Position numbers and translations under genes: made by a program. From the IMG/VR virus record IMGVR_UViG_3300028800_000001, positions 1 to 64,000 of that record: DNA of 64,000 bases. The stretch is one strand, 5' to 3'. Below the pieces are notes generated by a model that was not told where the DNA came from, made no database searches, and saw only the letters and a program-made list of their open reading frames with translations. How positions within the stretch are numbered: the stretch's first letter is position 1; every line of letters begins with the position of its first letter. This document shows, piece by piece, positions 1 to 9,443 of the stretch.

Positions 1-457
1 CGTGCACAAGGCGATGATCTTTTTGCTCCCAACTGTAGTTGCTATGAAACTTTCCATTGGCATGAAAGTACACGTCGTACGTGTAGTTGAGATCATAATT
101 AGGTACAACAAAATCAGGATCAAGCGCACGTAATTGCGTTTCAAAGTAGCCGAGCGCGGCCAGAATAGTGTTGCTGGCACGAGCGTGAGAGTAATTCCAA
201 CGCTCCTTGTCTTTGGGGTGCAGCATTTTGTAGTAGTTCTGCATGAGCTTCCCAAATTGCGTCTCCAGGTAGTTTGAAAACGCATAGGAAAGGTACTCTT
301 CTATGGTTTCTCCGCCAGATTTACCACCTTTGAGCATTAATATTTCTGGATAGTCAGCCATGAATGTTCCCAGGCCGTATTCCTGAATATAGGTCTGTTC
401 TTTTTTGTAGATGATCTTTTGTGAGTCGCGAAAGGTGAGCAGGTATTTGAGCACCAT
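1..457 (-). CDS. hypothetical protein, runs off window (3'-truncated)
   Basis: Manual translation: open frame MVLKYLLTFRDSQK... from ATG 457 to the window edge; start uncertain (see finding). Confidence 0.7.
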   Translation of the reverse strand, partial: MVLKYLLTFRDSQKIIYKKEQTYIQEYGLGTFMADYPEILMLKGGKSGGETIEEYLSYAFSNYLETQFGKLMQNYYKMLHPKDKERWNYSHARASNTILAALGYFETQLRALDPDFVVPNYDLNYTYDVYFHANGKFHSNYSWEQKDHRLVH

Positions 458-485
458 TGGCTCAACTGTGAGTGGTTTCTTCATA

Positions 486-953
486 CTATTCCTCCATCCC
501 CCATTGTGGTCGGTAATCAATGCCAAGCTCGTGCCGTTTGAGCCCAAAGAAAGGGAAATCAAAGAGTGTGAGCTGTAGTTTTGCGATGTCATGATTTTTG
601 CGCATCATGTTTGCGAGCTTCCGTCTGGCCTCGCCATAGCCCAATTGATACTCCTTACTGATATGCCCCTGGCATTTTGTTTCGTTTTCAATGGCGCACG
701 CTGCGCAGTGGGTATAATAGGTTTCGACAAAAAAGTCTCTTTTCCCTGGCATACTTCCACGTTGTATCCAATTGCCAAAAGTCTCGATATAATAGTTGGG
801 AACGGTAATCGTCAGACCGCGCATCCCTGGCGTGTTATCCAGTTCGAACACGCCAAAGCAGGTTTTTTTATCCCACTTGACCAGCCTTGAGGCTCTTGCG
901 TGTTGGAGCGATCCATTCAGCGGAACAACAAGTCCGTCAATACGACTTAACAT
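486..953 (-). CDS. hypothetical protein
   Basis: 155-aa ORF overlapping the upstream stop; CxxC motif. Confidence 0.7.
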   Translation of the reverse strand: MLSRIDGLVVPLNGSLQHARASRLVKWDKKTCFGVFELDNTPGMRGLTITVPNYYIETFGNWIQRGSMPGKRDFFVETYYTHCAACAIENETKCQGHISKEYQLGYGEARRKLANMMRKNHDIAKLQLTLFDFPFFGLKRHELGIDYRPQWGMEE

Positions 954-1135
954 GAAATCTCCTTTTTGGAAAACAGAATGCCGGTCGCTTTACTTATTTC
1001 TATCAGCAGGCCGTTAAGTGACACATTACAAAGCTGGAGTGAAGGAAATGCTCCGACAACGGTAGCAAAATAATAGCCAGAAACGTGCTTGAGGGTGATA
1101 AGACAACGCGAAGTGCGAATTGTATATGGGTGCAT
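947..1135 (-). CDS. hypothetical protein
   Basis: RBS GAGGAG, first gene after promoter 1173-1227. Confidence 0.65.
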   Translation of the reverse strand: MHPYTIRTSRCLITLKHVSGYYFATVVGAFPSLQLCNVSLNGLLIEISKATGILFSKKEISC

Positions 1136-1172
1136 TAGTTTTCTCCTCGAATACTATTTTTCTTCTTTAACA

Positions 1173-1227
1173 AGTATACCTGCTCTCCTCTGTTACGTCA
1201 AGAATTAATTCTCTGTATTTTCAGAAA
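1173..1227 (-). promoter_or_regulatory. sigma70-type promoter with upstream palindromic box (class I)
   Basis: TTGACG-17-TATACT; TTTCTGAAA centre 1223, 22 nt from -35. Confidence 0.85.
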
Positions 1228-1243
1228 GGAGAGCAAGAAAAAA

Positions 1244-1567
1244 CTACCAGGATACCCAAAAGCGAAATTCGCCAATTCCACCATCATTGGGTGGGAACTC
1301 GTTGACGAAGAGGGTGAGAATTTCTTTTACCCAGGCAGGAGTAACTTCTTCACGGCTCCAGGTATCGAAGTCCATCCTAAAGTAGCAGCCGTTGTGGATT
1401 TCGTTTAATCCAAGTATCCAGTGCCAAAAGTTCTGATATGGACGGCTACGGTCTTCCCACGTCTTGCTATAATTGTCTATATCAATGCTATATTTCTCGT
1501 TTATCCAGGCTTCGCACTCATGATAATCATATGCTGGTTCCTGCTGCTTGGGCTTCGGTTTCTCCAC
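1244..1567 (-). CDS. hypothetical phage protein
   Basis: 107-aa ORF in operon-like run. Confidence 0.7.
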   Translation of the reverse strand: MEKPKPKQQEPAYDYHECEAWINEKYSIDIDNYSKTWEDRSRPYQNFWHWILGLNEIHNGCYFRMDFDTWSREEVTPAWVKEILTLFVNEFPPNDGGIGEFRFWVSW

Positions 1568-1835
1568 TCGTTTTCTCCTCTCTGTTGCGTAGTACTACTG
1601 CATGCCGATAATCTCCACGTGTGTGAAAGAAACGCTCATGCTCTATCTCAGAATGACGAAACACCATATCGAGCAGATCCCACCAATCGTTCGGGTCGTT
1701 GCTCTCGTATTCTGGCTCTACCTCAACGTACGCGAGCCAATCCAGGTAGTTTGCAATACCATTTTCTATTTCTGGCAGCGAGAAGACGCGTTGGTAATAC
1801 GTGCTCTCGTAGCCAAGTAAGATGTCTCTACTCAT
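1527..1835 (-). CDS. hypothetical protein, paralog of 1836-2117
   Basis: Shared YxxYY.R.FS.PEI.N.I.NYL.W ... HxEIE. Confidence 0.75.
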   Translation of the reverse strand: MSRDILLGYESTYYQRVFSLPEIENGIANYLDWLAYVEVEPEYESNDPNDWWDLLDMVFRHSEIEHERFFHTRGDYRHAVVLRNREEKTSGETEAQAAGTSI

Positions 1836-2117
1836 CTACAGCTCCTTTGCGCGTGCTTCAATTTGTGTTTCATACTTCTCGGCATTGATCACAACATCGC
1901 GGCTGTAGTTCACTAGCCCCTTGCAGACGATTTGCTGTTCAATTTCAGCGTGGTAGAGGACGGTCTCCAGGTGATATTGCCAGTCTTCTCTGTCGGTTCC
2001 TTCAACTTCAGGCTGCATACCTTCGCGACGATTCCAGGCCAGGTAATTGAGAATAGCGTTATCAATCTCTGGCTCTGAAAATGCTCGTTCGTAGTACTCG
2101 CTATAATAGACGTTCAT
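1836..2117 (-). CDS. hypothetical protein, paralog of 1527-1835
   Basis: As above. Confidence 0.75.
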   Translation of the reverse strand: MNVYYSEYYERAFSEPEIDNAILNYLAWNRREGMQPEVEGTDREDWQYHLETVLYHAEIEQQIVCKGLVNYSRDVVINAEKYETQIEARAKEL

Positions 2118-2129
2118 GCTGTTCCTTTC

Positions 2130-2348
2130 TTATAAGTAATCTTGTTCCCAGGCAGCGGGTACGCCACCAGATTCGTAGTCTTCTAGTTCTTGTGTTGGAT
2201 CATCGTGTTCATCATCTTGCGCTTCAGAAAACGACCAGGAGATACCTTGCGCCATTCCTTCGTAGATGCCGTTTTGGAGGCACTCGCGTATTTCATCAAG
2301 TGCCTCGTCTATCCCTTGCCAACTCCATCCATCAATAACTAGTTTCAT
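2130..2348 (-). CDS. small acidic hypothetical protein
   Basis: RBS, 72-aa ORF. Confidence 0.65.
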   Translation of the reverse strand: MKLVIDGWSWQGIDEALDEIRECLQNGIYEGMAQGISWSFSEAQDDEHDDPTQELEDYESGGVPAAWEQDYL

Positions 2349-2358
2349 TGCTTTCCCC

Positions 2359-2823
2359 TTATTCGTAGAGATAAAAAGTACAGTCCAGCCGCTTCAGGTT
2401 TCCTGGTTCGGTGAGCAGTTCGCGTATCCCTTGAATGCCTTTACGACTACGCCAGGGCAGACCACCAAGACCGCACCCAAGTTTAGGGAGCGCGACGCTA
2501 GTCAACCCCTCTTGCTTCACAAGTTGCTCTAGTTGCAGAATGCCAGCCATCAGGTATTCATAGGTAGAAGGTTCCTGCCACTCCACTTTGGTTGGAAAGT
2601 TGATCAACCAGGGCTCGCTTTCACGAAACAGAGTCATTGGTAAATTTGGATAAATCCGCATACTGCGGCACTGTTGCCGGTACTCTTCGAACCATGCAGG
2701 ATAGCGTTTGCGCGCCTCGTAGGCCAATCCTGCACCAGCAACACCCCGACAGTTCACCGCAACGGCAATGGCCTGTGCTTCGGTCGTGAAGATGTTTTCT
2801 CCTACTACTTCGATAAAAGGCAT
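2359..2823 (-). CDS. macrodomain protein (TARG1/DarG/Poa1p-like ADP-ribose glycohydrolase)
   Basis: Motifs G.NIF, AVNCRGVAGAGLA, INFPTK, ALPKLGCGLGGL; start MPFIEV at 2823. Confidence 0.9.
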   Translation of the reverse strand: MPFIEVVGENIFTTEAQAIAVAVNCRGVAGAGLAYEARKRYPAWFEEYRQQCRSMRIYPNLPMTLFRESEPWLINFPTKVEWQEPSTYEYLMAGILQLEQLVKQEGLTSVALPKLGCGLGGLPWRSRKGIQGIRELLTEPGNLKRLDCTFYLYE

Positions 2824-3557
2824 TAAAAATCCTCTTCCTTCCACGCAGCAACCGGCGCGGTGTCTTGTGTGAGCTCTTGCCCACACAGCAGCGCCCAATA
2901 GAGCGCATCTTGCAACAATTTTTCTCCCAGACTTTGTTGGCTATACGCCTTTTTCCAGGCAAGGCTATATTTACCCCTTATTTTTTGTAGGTAAACGTGA
3001 AGATCACCAGACTGAAAATGGTAATTCTTACCGTTAGCAACGTGCGCTGCAAGTTCACGCACATACTGATCGCTAAAGGGCATGGGATATTTTTCTACAG
3101 GGCTCGTTGCGTTACGTGCAATCATGCGCTCTAGCTCTTTGCGGTGTGCGCTCAAAAATTCGTAAAGGGTTGCAATATCAGCAACAGGGAAGAAATCACC
3201 ATCCAGGTATGCCTGATGCTCTCCTTTTTCAAAGAAGAAAGCGATGGCATCTTCGTCACGGCTAAGCACTTTTCCAGGCGGAACAAAGAGCTTACTATCA
3301 CGGGGAAACGCAACGAGAAGCCCAAGAGTGGTTGCCCAGGTGTCCAGGTAGAGTAAGAGCGTTTGCATTTCCTCCAGGCCGTACCAGCAATCTCTGAGCA
3401 TTATCCCATAGCGCAAATCGTCATTGAGCACGAGCGAAACGAAGCCATGTTCTGTAAGGGTAATATCTCCCTGTTCTCCGGCCTGTTTCTCTGCCTGCTC
3501 TTGTGAGAGGCCGTACCAGCGCAACTCTTCTATTCTGGTGAACTTTTCATCCATCAT
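2823..3557 (-). CDS. hypothetical protein
   Basis: 244-aa ORF, coupled overlaps. Confidence 0.75.
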   Translation of the reverse strand: MMDEKFTRIEELRWYGLSQEQAEKQAGEQGDITLTEHGFVSLVLNDDLRYGIMLRDCWYGLEEMQTLLLYLDTWATTLGLLVAFPRDSKLFVPPGKVLSRDEDAIAFFFEKGEHQAYLDGDFFPVADIATLYEFLSAHRKELERMIARNATSPVEKYPMPFSDQYVRELAAHVANGKNYHFQSGDLHVYLQKIRGKYSLAWKKAYSQQSLGEKLLQDALYWALLCGQELTQDTAPVAAWKEEDF

Positions 3558-3748
3558 TCTTTTCCTCCAATGTGTACTACAAGCGTCTCTTCTTGTAGTG
3601 CTTTGTAATTCCAGCAGCGCTCATCTAAAGTGGCGCGTACATACGCGTTTATCTCTTCTTGCGTCATCGGGTGCGGAAGGCGCACAATACAGCGCTGCTC
3701 TAGCGTTGCCTGTACCGTGACACAAATCTCAATTGGGGTAGTCTTCAT
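3554..3748 (-). CDS. hypothetical protein
   Basis: 64 aa, ATGA overlaps. Confidence 0.65.
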   Translation of the reverse strand: MKTTPIEICVTVQATLEQRCIVRLPHPMTQEEINAYVRATLDERCWNYKALQEETLVVHIGGKE

Positions 3749-3933
3749 ACACTTCCTCGCTTTAAGAGCTCTTGAAAGGTTACGCTTCCATCGCTCAGCG
3801 CTTCGAAACGTTCTTGCAAGACTCCAGCGCGTTCCAAAAACACGATTTGATATTCTGAGTCGCTGCCACAGGCACTTTGTAATCGTTCTAAAGCAGTCAA
3901 CAAGGTATAAATCTCTTCTTGTGTGAACTTCAT
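3745..3933 (-). CDS. hypothetical protein
   Basis: 62 aa, coupled. Confidence 0.65.
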   Translation of the reverse strand: MKFTQEEIYTLLTALERLQSACGSDSEYQIVFLERAGVLQERFEALSDGSVTFQELLKRGSV

Positions 3934-3949
3934 AGTTTTTTCTTTCTTG

Positions 3950-4276
3950 TTATCGATAGCGATAAGTAAATTCTTCAGGATAGTTTTTCATACGGGCCAA
4001 AAATGATTTTGCTTCGCCAAGATCGGTGAAGACCTCTTGCTCACGATGGGCAAATACCAGATAAGCATTCTGCGTATCAAGGTAATCCATGCTGAGATCC
4101 TGTGAGCCAGGAAGCACCTGGGCAAGTTGGAACTCGCTCTGATGAGCGTAAGGATAGGTAACTTCTAAGATGCCGAAGAGACTTTTGCGAATCTTTTTAG
4201 TCAGGCGTACTCTCGCTCGTACAAACTTGAGTCCATAAGCTTCACCGCGTGGATTGTAAAAGGTTTCAAAACGCAT
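3950..4276 (-). CDS. hypothetical protein
   Basis: RBS GGAGGAG, 108 aa. Confidence 0.7.
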   Translation of the reverse strand: MRFETFYNPRGEAYGLKFVRARVRLTKKIRKSLFGILEVTYPYAHQSEFQLAQVLPGSQDLSMDYLDTQNAYLVFAHREQEVFTDLGEAKSFLARMKNYPEEFTYRYR

Positions 4277-4278
4277 GT

Positions 4279-5046
4279 TTACTCCTCCTGGTATTTTTCG
4301 CTAAGACGTTCAAATTCCTCTGCGGTAAAGTCAAAGGTTTCTTGCCAGTTTGTCAGTAATTCACTGGTGATCTTATGGACGGTTTGTAGCGCCTCCACTT
4401 TGTTAACCGATACTTTTCCCGTTTGATAGGCGCTGGCCTGTATCTCTATGTCACCCCAGTATTCACGGAGCGAAGTACTTGCCAGTGCCTTTTCCTGGTA
4501 TAGTTCGTAACAGGCGCGCTGCTCTTCATCTGCGCTGTGTGCCGCTTCCTCTTGCCACTGTGTTGCCAGCGCATCAAGTAAGGTACGCGTATGCGTCTCT
4601 ATACAATTTTTGCAGGCAAATTGTTTGAACTCGTTTTCTGCTTTGAGAGCAAATTCTCCCGTGAGCGCACGTCCACCGCAAATCCCGCAAGTAATGATGT
4701 AGGGCTCGATAAGCTCTGCGCAACAGGCATCGCAATAGGCTCCATCCTCAAAACTGCCATCATCAAGAAAGACCGAAATGGGTCCGTCATGATCGCGTGG
4801 GACAATGCTTTTAAGGATTTTGACGTTTTCGTCAAAGATGATCTCGTCATCATCATCACGATCATAGTCGTCAAAGTAGGCATATTTCTCTCGACGCGGC
4901 CAGCGCTCCATCATTGGTGCGTTGTCTGAGCCATGATAGTCAGGCCCATTGAGAAGATAGCTAATCTCTTCGGATGTGAGTCCTGTACATGCTGTTTGTG
5001 CGCAGTAGGTACCCGCGCACATAATCAGGCCAGCAATGCTATACAA
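4279..5046 (-). CDS. Cys-rich (putative Zn-binding) hypothetical protein
   Basis: Several CxxC pairs, 255 aa. Confidence 0.75.
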   Translation of the reverse strand: MYSIAGLIMCAGTYCAQTACTGLTSEEISYLLNGPDYHGSDNAPMMERWPRREKYAYFDDYDRDDDDEIIFDENVKILKSIVPRDHDGPISVFLDDGSFEDGAYCDACCAELIEPYIITCGICGGRALTGEFALKAENEFKQFACKNCIETHTRTLLDALATQWQEEAAHSADEEQRACYELYQEKALASTSLREYWGDIEIQASAYQTGKVSVNKVEALQTVHKITSELLTNWQETFDFTAEEFERLSEKYQEE

Positions 5047-5449
5047 TGGGTGTCTCCTTCATGGTGCTCAGCACTCGCTGGTCGGCATAAAACTCGAAGG
5101 GAAACCAGATAGCGCTTTTCATGTTGATCTCGAAGAGGTCATAAAGTTTTTGATTGAGGACACTCAGGTAGCTGCTTGCGGCTTTTAACGCGATTGAACC
5201 TGTTTCTCCGGTACGTATAAAGCAGGCATACCTTGAGTACCCCCTCTCTTCCCGATAGATGAAGGCAACGGTATAAGAATCAAGCATGGTGCAAGCAACG
5301 TTTACTGCACTTTTTCCGAGCGCTACACTCATTGGACTCAAGGGAACGCTTTGTCCCAGGTTTCTTTGTAGAATAGGTAACAGCTTTGCAGGGATTTCAA
5401 TCCCTTCTCGGTAGGCTTCGTCCAGAATAGTCTGGTAAAGGTCACGCAC
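5039..5449 (-). CDS. hypothetical protein, paralog of 6048-6515
   Basis: LY...L.EA...GI ... W.P.(E/D)F....R.L shared. Confidence 0.75.
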   Translation of the reverse strand: MRDLYQTILDEAYREGIEIPAKLLPILQRNLGQSVPLSPMSVALGKSAVNVACTMLDSYTVAFIYREERGYSRYACFIRTGETGSIALKAASSYLSVLNQKLYDLFEINMKSAIWFPFEFYADQRVLSTMKETPIV

Positions 5450-5492
5450 GATTTTTCTCCTTTCTAGAGAAATGTAAAAAACTGACGAAATG

Positions 5493-5810
5493 TTACACGG
5501 TTTCCATCAGTTCGTGGATACGCATTGCGATAACATGAATGTGAACAAAAGGAAATTCTTCAACAAAGATTTTGTTGATTTTGGCGTACGCGCCTGCAAC
5601 CGGCCCTTCCGCAGGCATTGGACACGTCATACCAACGATGCCTTGTGCTAAGCGACACTGAATAGAAGTGATTTCGTTCGCATTAGAACTCAGTTGCGCG
5701 ATACGCAACAGAAACCCGACCGCTTCCTCACTCAGGGGATGATAATCTTCATGCCTGGGCAGGTGTTCAGGGGAACCATAGGGGTGTTCACAGGCGATAA
5801 CATAATTCAT
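5493..5810 (-). CDS. hypothetical protein
   Basis: RBS, 105 aa. Confidence 0.7.
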   Translation of the reverse strand: MNYVIACEHPYGSPEHLPRHEDYHPLSEEAVGFLLRIAQLSSNANEITSIQCRLAQGIVGMTCPMPAEGPVAGAYAKINKIFVEEFPFVHIHVIAMRIHELMETV

Positions 5811-5822
5811 AGCTGTACTCCT

Positions 5823-6035
5823 TTATGCAATTGAGATGAGATAAACCTCGCTCCAAAAGATGATTGCGGCAACAATCCAGACGATAAGTAAGAATATCCA
5901 TTGCCCATCAGCAAAATGGAGTTGGCGAACATCTTTTGAAAAAGCAGCTCCAATACTCGTGAATAAGATACCAACAAAGAAGATGCCTGCGAATGGAAAA
6001 GGGATAATTAAGATTATGCGTAAAAAATCTATCAC
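5823..6035 (-). CDS. small two-TM membrane protein
   Basis: Two hydrophobic segments. Confidence 0.7.
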   Translation of the reverse strand: MIDFLRIILIIPFPFAGIFFVGILFTSIGAAFSKDVRQLHFADGQWIFLLIVWIVAAIIFWSEVYLISIA

Positions 6036-6047
6036 AGTGTTGTTCCT

Positions 6048-6515
6048 TTACTCTATCGTGTTGGCACCATAATTGACGGTGTATTTTTGTAAGCGGCGAA
6101 GCAGCCGTTTGTTCTGACAAAAATCGGCTGGATACCAACGCAGAGCATCTTTGCTGGTTTGATAGTATTCTTGCAGTTTTCGCTCGACTACATCTTCGTC
6201 ACGATTGGGAAGTGAAAACTTGAGCGCACCTGCGGCATTGATTCCAAGAACGCTATAGCAGAGCCAGTAGCCTTGATAATCGTCAATGAAGACGAGCGAA
6301 TATTCATTGATTGCGGTATAGGCCATAATAATGTTGCTCTGCGCCAGCGCTTGCGTAAGGGTCAGCGGTGCAAAGTTGGTATGCGTGCTCAGGTATTTTT
6401 GGAGTAATGCATTGAGATCAGGGGTAACCTTTATACCGCGAGCCTCTGCTTCGAGCAAAAAAGCAGTATAAAGCGCGTTATCGCCACCATCCGTTTTGAA
6501 TAGTTTTTCAATCAT
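6048..6515 (-). CDS. hypothetical protein, paralog of 5039-5449
   Basis: As above. Confidence 0.75.
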   Translation of the reverse strand: MIEKLFKTDGGDNALYTAFLLEAEARGIKVTPDLNALLQKYLSTHTNFAPLTLTQALAQSNIIMAYTAINEYSLVFIDDYQGYWLCYSVLGINAAGALKFSLPNRDEDVVERKLQEYYQTSKDALRWYPADFCQNKRLLRRLQKYTVNYGANTIE

Positions 6516-6868
6516 TCGCTTCCTCCTTGCAGAAGCTTCGTCAGTTCCTCAATTTCTGCGATACAGTCTTGGAGTCCAGAAGCAAGGCTTTGAAAGCGCA
6601 GGTTCACCACATTTGGGAAGCGGGTCATACACGGTGTGCATACGAGATTGACGCCATGATAGCCGAGTGAGCCATCTTCCCAGTGATCTACGGACTCCAC
6701 CACAAAAAGATCGTGCTCTTCACCGCAATAGCAGCAGCAATTTGCAGCGTAGGGAGCCCAACCGGCAAGATAGCGCCCATAAATATGATCGTCTAAACAG
6801 ACAATTCCATGTTTCCAGGCGCGGTAAATTGGTGTTTCAGTGCCACCACGTTTTGAGGTTGCGTTCAT
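6512..6868 (-). CDS. hypothetical Zn-ribbon protein
   Basis: CxYC...CxxC. Confidence 0.7.
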   Translation of the reverse strand: MNATSKRGGTETPIYRAWKHGIVCLDDHIYGRYLAGWAPYAANCCCYCGEEHDLFVVESVDHWEDGSLGYHGVNLVCTPCMTRFPNVVNLRFQSLASGLQDCIAEIEELTKLLQGGSE

Positions 6869-6885
6869 GTTTTCCTCTTTCTTTT

Positions 6886-7257
6886 CTAGATTGCAGTATG
6901 GAGGTAAAGACCATACGACCTATGATAGTTGTCCCATCCAAGAAACCAGCCATGATAGTATTCACGAAGATCTCGTAGAATGTGTTCTTTTTGTCGCTGT
7001 GTGTGACAGCGTAGTAAGCGTTTCCCTAAAGGATCAGCGCATGTTTTTTCTGGCAGAAGACCAAAGCATTTAGAATCTTCTTCGCGTTCAATCTTCCATC
7101 CTGGCAAAAAATCGCGCACAATCCTGCGGATATCCTCAAAGTTGGCTTGGAATGCGGGGTCAGTGTAGAGGCGATAATCGGTTTCTAAGGCTCCGATAAA
7201 AGTTGCCGCGCAGGCAAGTTCTCCCTTCATAAAAGTAAAATTCCTTTCTTGTTTCAC
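6886..7257 (-). CDS. hypothetical protein
   Basis: GTG start 3 nt downstream of the -10 box; start uncertain. Confidence 0.65.
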   Translation of the reverse strand: MKQERNFTFMKGELACAATFIGALETDYRLYTDPAFQANFEDIRRIVRDFLPGWKIEREEDSKCFGLLPEKTCADPLGKRLLRCHTQRQKEHILRDLREYYHGWFLGWDNYHRSYGLYLHTAI

Positions 7258-7260
7258 CTA

Positions 7261-7316
7261 AGTATAGAGTGACAAGAAAGGAAAGTCAAGAATTATTTCT
7301 CTGTATTTTCAGAAAT
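7261..7316 (-). promoter_or_regulatory. class I promoter + palindromic box
   Basis: TTGACT-17-TATACT; box centre 7311, 22 nt from -35. Confidence 0.85.
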
Positions 7317-7490
7317 TGCGCGGTAACAGAGCACGACCGCATAGATGAACAGGGAAGCCATACATACGATTTTCGCTGCCATTTCTGGCAGACCAATCAG
7401 GGCAAGGACGATAAAAAGAAGAAAACAAACAACTACACCAATAACAAGCCTTAAAGCAAAAGTAAACTCTTTCTTATATGCCTGGATCAA
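7293..7490 (-). CDS. small two-TM membrane protein ending ...SENTEK inside the promoter box
   Basis: TTG start overlapping upstream TGA; hydrophobic. Confidence 0.65.
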   Translation of the reverse strand: MIQAYKKEFTFALRLVIGVVVCFLLFIVLALIGLPEMAAKIVCMASLFIYAVVLCYRAISENTEK

Positions 7491-7936
7491 AGTTTTGGTT
7501 CCTCCAACTGTATTGTGCGCCGAATGACATCCCAATTGTGCACTTCGCTGTGCTCTAGGAGCCAATCAAGCTGCTTAGAACTCAAAGATGTCCCTTGCAT
7601 GGTTGACTCCACTTTGTTGTCGCCGCTGACACCGGCATAATACTCGTTTTCACGATACGGAAAGCCCTCTTGAAAGAGCTCACCCAACTTGTGTGGGTTT
7701 CCGTTGGCTTCAACGAGCAACAAATAATAGATCTCAAATTCCGCTTTCGGGTTGAAATCTAGGATCACTTCTTTGACCGCATCTTGCAGCTCGTGCATTG
7801 GCTTATTCTTTGCCAGCCGCATACAAGCAAGTAAGATCTTGCCAGGAGAAGTATGGTAGCGTGACGCAAGCGCACGTATTTCGTAAAGTTGTTCCATATC
7901 ACGAAGTGTGAAGCTTATTTCTGGCCGCTGTTCCAC
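7487..7936 (-). CDS. hypothetical protein
   Basis: 149 aa, RBS. Confidence 0.7.
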   Translation of the reverse strand: MEQRPEISFTLRDMEQLYEIRALASRYHTSPGKILLACMRLAKNKPMHELQDAVKEVILDFNPKAEFEIYYLLLVEANGNPHKLGELFQEGFPYRENEYYAGVSGDNKVESTMQGTSLSSKQLDWLLEHSEVHNWDVIRRTIQLEEPKL

Positions 7937-7950
7937 AATGTCACCTCTTC

Positions 7951-8361
7951 TCAGTCATAGAGTCCCATCTCTTGTGAGATGGCAGCGATTTCAGCAAGAC
8001 CTGTTTCACGTTCCTGCGCACGCCGTTGCTGAAACACCAGAACATCTTCTAATAAGACGCGCCTGTGTGTGCCAACACGAATAAAGGGGATAACACCATT
8101 TTCTAACAGTTTCACTAAGTGCGGCCTGGACATACTTAAAAGATCTGCCACTTGTTGTGTGGTCATTTCCTTTTGTCCAGCGATAAGGGCAACGTAATGC
8201 CCACGCGCTAATTGATGTGCGGCTTCCGCAAGTAAAATGCGCAGTGAAATTGGCAGAGAAACGGTTTGTTCTCCTATTTGCATCTGCGCACTTTCTTGTT
8301 GAAGCAATTTGCGTATGCTCTTGAGCACTTCTTGATCTTGTGGGTCGCCTTGAACAATCAT
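7951..8361 (-). CDS. excisionase-like HTH_17 DNA-binding protein
   Basis: MTTQQVADLLSMSRPHLVKLLENGVIPFIRVGTHRRV. Confidence 0.85.
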   Translation of the reverse strand: MIVQGDPQDQEVLKSIRKLLQQESAQMQIGEQTVSLPISLRILLAEAAHQLARGHYVALIAGQKEMTTQQVADLLSMSRPHLVKLLENGVIPFIRVGTHRRVLLEDVLVFQQRRAQERETGLAEIAAISQEMGLYD

Positions 8362-8426
8362 ATAAGTACACCTTTCTTTTTCTACGAGAAGTATACTATA
8401 TAATCGAAACAAAAGCAATAAGCGAA

Positions 8427-9431
8427 CTATTCGCCACGTGCATGCCAGAGCGCCGGAATGGTTTCCTCTTCGCGCTGGTAATAATCATCGCTGTGTGTTG
8501 AAAAGACATTGAAGGTTTTGACAACTGAAAGGGCTCCCAACTCATCTGAAAGCAGGGAAAGCCAGAGGCCAAGATACCAGTCAGCTTCGGGAACCGCCTG
8601 ATTGCGCACAATGCAAAAGTCTTTTGTGTAGTTGCCGTTCTCGAAGACGCGTAAGCGACGCTCTCTGTTTTTACGCGGATAGTCACGACGCAAACGGTAC
8701 ACGCGTCCTTCAAAACTGTAGCTTGGTACATCTAAGAAGTGATTACGTTCTAGTTGGGCGTAGAGCTCTTCTCCCAGGAACATTTGCAGCGTCGCTTCAG
8801 CGCGCTGTTCTGGTCGCAGACCATCGCCAAGATCGGTCTTTTCCGTCATTCTGATAAATGAGGTGAGCCGTTTCTTCGCTTCTTTTGCGCTCTTTGGCAG
8901 CGTAAAGTGTTCTGGCTGTTGACCGGCCATTGGGAAGCCACCATAGCGTGCGATATCGGCTGCATGAGCGTACCCGCACCATCCAGCAATACGGTCGTAG
9001 ACGCGCTCTATATCGGGGCGTCGATTGGCAAAGCCAATAATACAGCGTGAGGTATCGCCAGTGCCAAGCGTGAGGATCGTCTCCACGAAGAGATAGGTAC
9101 TGCTCTTGAGTGACGCATTGCGACTGGTAATAGCCCAGTCTCCAGCGAGACCACCATGCCAGCGCTCATCCATTTTTTCAGTCACGCCGTGAGGGTCAAT
9201 GACTCTATCGGTGCCTAGACGGAGAAAGTCCTGATGTGTATGCGCACTCGCGTAAAATCGGGTATGAGGACAATTTCGCTCTTCATCGCCACGTTTGAAA
9301 ATCCAGGCCGGACAATCACAAGAAAGATCGCCTGTCGTATTTTCCAACAGGCGATACCAGGAGTCAGGTGAACTGGACGATTCAAAGATGGCGACTAAGC
9401 GATATGCCCCTGATTGCAAACTTGCAGGCAT
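8427..9431 (-). CDS. SWIM Zn-finger-containing protein
   Basis: N-terminal SCDCPAW...CPH (CxC..CxH). Confidence 0.75.
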   Translation of the reverse strand: MPASLQSGAYRLVAIFESSSSPDSWYRLLENTTGDLSCDCPAWIFKRGDEERNCPHTRFYASAHTHQDFLRLGTDRVIDPHGVTEKMDERWHGGLAGDWAITSRNASLKSSTYLFVETILTLGTGDTSRCIIGFANRRPDIERVYDRIAGWCGYAHAADIARYGGFPMAGQQPEHFTLPKSAKEAKKRLTSFIRMTEKTDLGDGLRPEQRAEATLQMFLGEELYAQLERNHFLDVPSYSFEGRVYRLRRDYPRKNRERRLRVFENGNYTKDFCIVRNQAVPEADWYLGLWLSLLSDELGALSVVKTFNVFSTHSDDYYQREEETIPALWHARGE

Positions 9432-9443
9432 AACGCGTCTCCT

